A stretch of DNA of 63,061 nt, the filler included, from Nemertoderma westbladi (Eukaryota; Animalia; Xenacoelomorpha): assembly GCA_032718475.1 (NCBI GenBank). It is 3 parts of 3 records of this genome, joined end to end, with 100 filler letters (N's around TTAATTAATTAA, not from the genome) between each part and the next. Parts side by side here need not be neighbours in the genome. Positions count along the whole stretch, not along the records: positions 39,128 to 63,061 come from JAUCBJ010000721.1; 2 more parts are not named here. The stretch is one strand, 5' to 3'. This document shows positions 59,986-63,061 of the stretch, in pieces. The notes beneath the pieces were generated by a model. That model had not been told where the DNA came from and ran no database searches. It saw nothing but the letters and a program-made list of their open reading frames with translations. Each line of letters begins with the position of its first letter. Position 1 is the stretch's first letter. The position numbers were made by a program, and so were the translations under genes.

Positions 59986-60327
59986 GTCACATGTTGTGTA
60001 ATATTTTTCTCTGGGACCATTCTCAATCTTGTTGTGTTTATCGTATTTATGACAACTCCAGTCCTCCGAAACAATCGTTCCATGATTTACTTCATCACGA
60101 TGTCTCTCAGTGACTTCGGTGTCATCTTCTTCAGTTCGCTCTTCTGGCGCGCTTGGCATTTCTTACCAGAAGCTAACATTTATTATGGTTACTTTTGTGC
60201 TTATTTCCATTGGATCAACTTCGCTTGCTTTTGGATATCGCATTGGCTGCTCGTTGCCATGGCATTCGAACGTTATCTTAGCATTTATAATCCAGTTCGA
60301 GCAAGAACAATGTTTTCAAAAACAAAG
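59986..60327 (+). CDS. Class A (rhodopsin-like) GPCR, probably peptide-receptor-like, exon encoding TM1-TM3
   Basis: ttgcAG acceptor at 59985; GTILNLVVF (TM1), YFITMSLSD (TM2), FCAYF..SHWLLVAMAFERYLSIYNP (TM3, ERY); AAG|GTTAGT donor; 114 codons, phase 0/0. Confidence 0.9.
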
Positions 60328-62172
60328 GTTAGTTGGTTTTCTAATCAATTACTATTTATTGCGGTGTGCAATTATAATTAATTATTCGTTACATTATTAA
60401 ATAAGTAATAATCTAATTAATTATTATTAATTAATTAAGAAATTATTCTTTATTCTCACAATTAAGCTCTACCTGCCGAGATAGTCAATTCCTATCCATA
60501 AAGGTCATTAAAAGACAAAGGTCATAAAAGCCATTCACAAATGTTATAAAAAAAGACACTACACAAAATATTGATAGATCATATGGTAAATACCATGGTC
60601 AAGTAACCATGCTGACAACAGTTCCGAAATGTCTTGTTACATTGAAATGTGATCATAATTACAAATTACAATTATTAATGAATTAATAATTAGAGCAATG
60701 TTGAATTGTATACTTTGTTTATAGATCCCATCACTTTATTTTACCCTACCAGTATTTAGGCGACTGCAAAATTATTAAAGCCTGAATGCGAAAACTACTC
60801 GTCTAAAAAACGGTAATAAAAAAAGATAAGTTTTCATTCCAATCTATGAAAACACTTGTGGAATGAAAATACATAGAGATGAAAATACCATAGGTAACAG
60901 AGAGGGGTCATGGGGTGAATTGGCATAACCACTCAACTCCCCTTCCATTCCAATGATGCATTGCCAGTGAGTTTGATGTAGGTTGTCCGACAATTAACTT
61001 ACCAACTTTCTTTCCGTTTGCATACTTCTACGTGAAGGGCTTTTTTTTAGTCACAATGGAGTTTACTTTATATGTGGGCGAAGGTAAGCACTCCTATTAC
61101 TTACAATGAGGTTAACCCCTCATTATTCATGATGTTCTTTTCAGAACCTTTAATTATATAACATTTAAGGATAAAGTCGGAGGACCACTTTCAGAAGCTT
61201 GAATGGACGTAATGGAATAAAATAATAATTAAAGGGACACATAAAATGGTAATGCTTGACCTCTATTAGTCATGACATTCAACTCATCATGGATCTGCCC
61301 TGTCAGTTAAATTTTTGTAGTTCAAAATATCAATCTTGATTTTATGTATAACTTTTATCCGAATACACCAGTGTCCCTAAACATTGATGTTAATGTTAAG
61401 ACGAAAAGTAGCGAAATAAGGAATGATGTAGCTCTGTGAAATGGCGATGTGTTTTATATAATCAAAATAATCTCCCTGTAATTAATATTCAACTAAGATT
61501 AGTTGAGACTATAACTGAGCACAGTTAATCAGAATTAAGAAAATCAATTGGTTAGAGCTGATGCAGGAGAATCATCAAGTTTCAACACCATAATGATACA
61601 CAGGTTCTTTCTCACCTAATGTGAATGCAATTTGGCAGGCGATGCAACTGGAGTCAGTTCACAGAAAACTCCCCGACCGACTGGGTAATGCTTAGGCTGA
61701 CCGTCCTGGGGTTGGATTGAGCAGTTGAACCGTGCACCAATGCAAATGGGTAGCCTTAGAGTTGATCGCGCCCTATCCCATTGGTTGACAATATCACACC
61801 ACTTTCACCTTCCCATTGGGCCCCCATCATGTATTTTGGGGCCCCTGTGTAGGTGAGTTGGTTAACTCAACTACAGGCTCATTAGTTGCTCTCGTCAATA
61901 ATGATGAGGTTCTGATTAAGGACATGGGGTGGTGGGAGACATACCCGCGCATCAGCAGATGATAGTGGGAATGGTGGAATTGGTCTATTGATGAATCCAA
62001 CTGCACTTGCAGCATTGGACAAAATAGACAAAATCTCCAAACACACCATCATCCGTTGCCACTTGCCATGCCATGTTCGGGAAGACTGGCTAAGAAGTGT
62101 CCTAAGGTGGTTCTGTTATTCCTCCAACTAGTGTTGCCCCAGTAGAGGAGGTGGAAAATTTATTTAATTTAA

Positions 62173-63061
62173 CCCTATTAAACCCGGGGGGGGGTCAATA
62201 TGACCCCTCCCGTGGTTTTTTTTTATTATAAATCTGAAACAAACGCAGTTGGGAATCTGAAATTTTATGACTTTTCCTAAAAATCTATTGTCTTCCTAGT
62301 AGTGAAAACCGTTTTCAAAAATATTGGGTACTTTTCGAGTTATAGCACCATTTTTTAACCCTACTTTTGGCACTTTTTTTTGGAGACGTTTTTTGAAAAT
62401 TACATTTCATTAAATATGAATTGTAACATCTCTATTTATTATTTACACCGGTTTTTTGGTGTTAGAAATTTGATGGAATTGATATAAATTGATTTAGAAA
62501 TTTCAAACTTGTTTTTTTCGGGTGGGTGCCAAATTTTTGGTGCCAGCACCAAATTTTGAAATAAGTCCAATTTTGTAAATTGATCGTTTGAAACTTGTTT
62601 TTTACGCAATTGGGGGTTTTTTGGGTTTCTAGATTCGATGAAATATATACGAGTTGCACCAAGCGTATCAAACTTGTATTTTTCGGTGCTGTGTGTGCAA
62701 ATTTTGGTGCAAGCACGAAATTTTGAAAATCCATTCAATAGATAAAAATTGCTTGTGACAACTTATTTCTTGGGTTTTAGAGGTTTATGGCTGTTCTGAA
62801 TTCAATGGAAAATATAATTATCGAACTAGACATCTCAAACTTGTATTTTTCGGATGTGGGTGCAAAATGTGGTGCTAGCACCAAATTTTGAAAACCATCA
62901 AATATATCAATTGATTGTGTCACCTTGTTTCTTGCGTTATATGGGTTTTGTGATGGTTCTGAAATTCAATGGAAATCAGTAAAAATTTCATAAGAGTTTT
63001 CAAAATTGTATTTTTCGCCGGTGCGTGAAAATTGTTGTGCCAGCACCAAATTTTGGAAAAT
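62173..63061 (+). mobile_element. piggyBac-like non-autonomous element, left end (runs off the window), with degenerate internal repeats
   Basis: TTAA|CCCTATT start, ggggtcaatatgacccc subterminal palindrome, recurrent aaacttgtattttcgg..gtgc.aaattttggtgc.agcaccaaattttgaaaa. Confidence 0.6.

Noticed and set aside
61600-62160. GC-richer segment as the next GPCR exon or a retroelement
   Set aside because: No TM-like or RT-like translation recognised; left unassigned

Overview
Eukaryotic, apparently invertebrate metazoan, genomic DNA that is rich in repeats and contains two assembly gaps (12008-12107 and 39028-39127). Host genes: a two-coding-exon Suv4-20/KMT5 histone H4K20 methyltransferase with a very long disordered tail, an intronless membrane-anchored fibrinogen-related protein, the first coding exon of a tetraspanin, and the first two coding exons of a class A GPCR. 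There is also a Ulp1/C48-protease-like ORF that may be transposon-derived. Mobile DNA dominates: an intact Ty3/Gypsy element inserted into a 72-bp satellite that was amplified from L2-like LINE coding sequence; a near-identical tandem of Penelope-like elements (RT + GIY-YIG), each with a minimal hammerhead ribozyme overlapped by a candidate 50-nt intron; a deleted BEL/Pao-like LTR element with mosaic LTRs nested in a hairpin-rich non-autonomous element inside the GPCR intron; several MITEs/foldbacks, LINE remnants and minisatellites. The best candidate for something new is coupling of splicing to ribozyme folding in the Penelope-like element. A diverged ~187-bp repeat with conserved GNRA-capped hairpins is a second, weaker candidate. 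All calls are by eye; no searches or folding programs were run.
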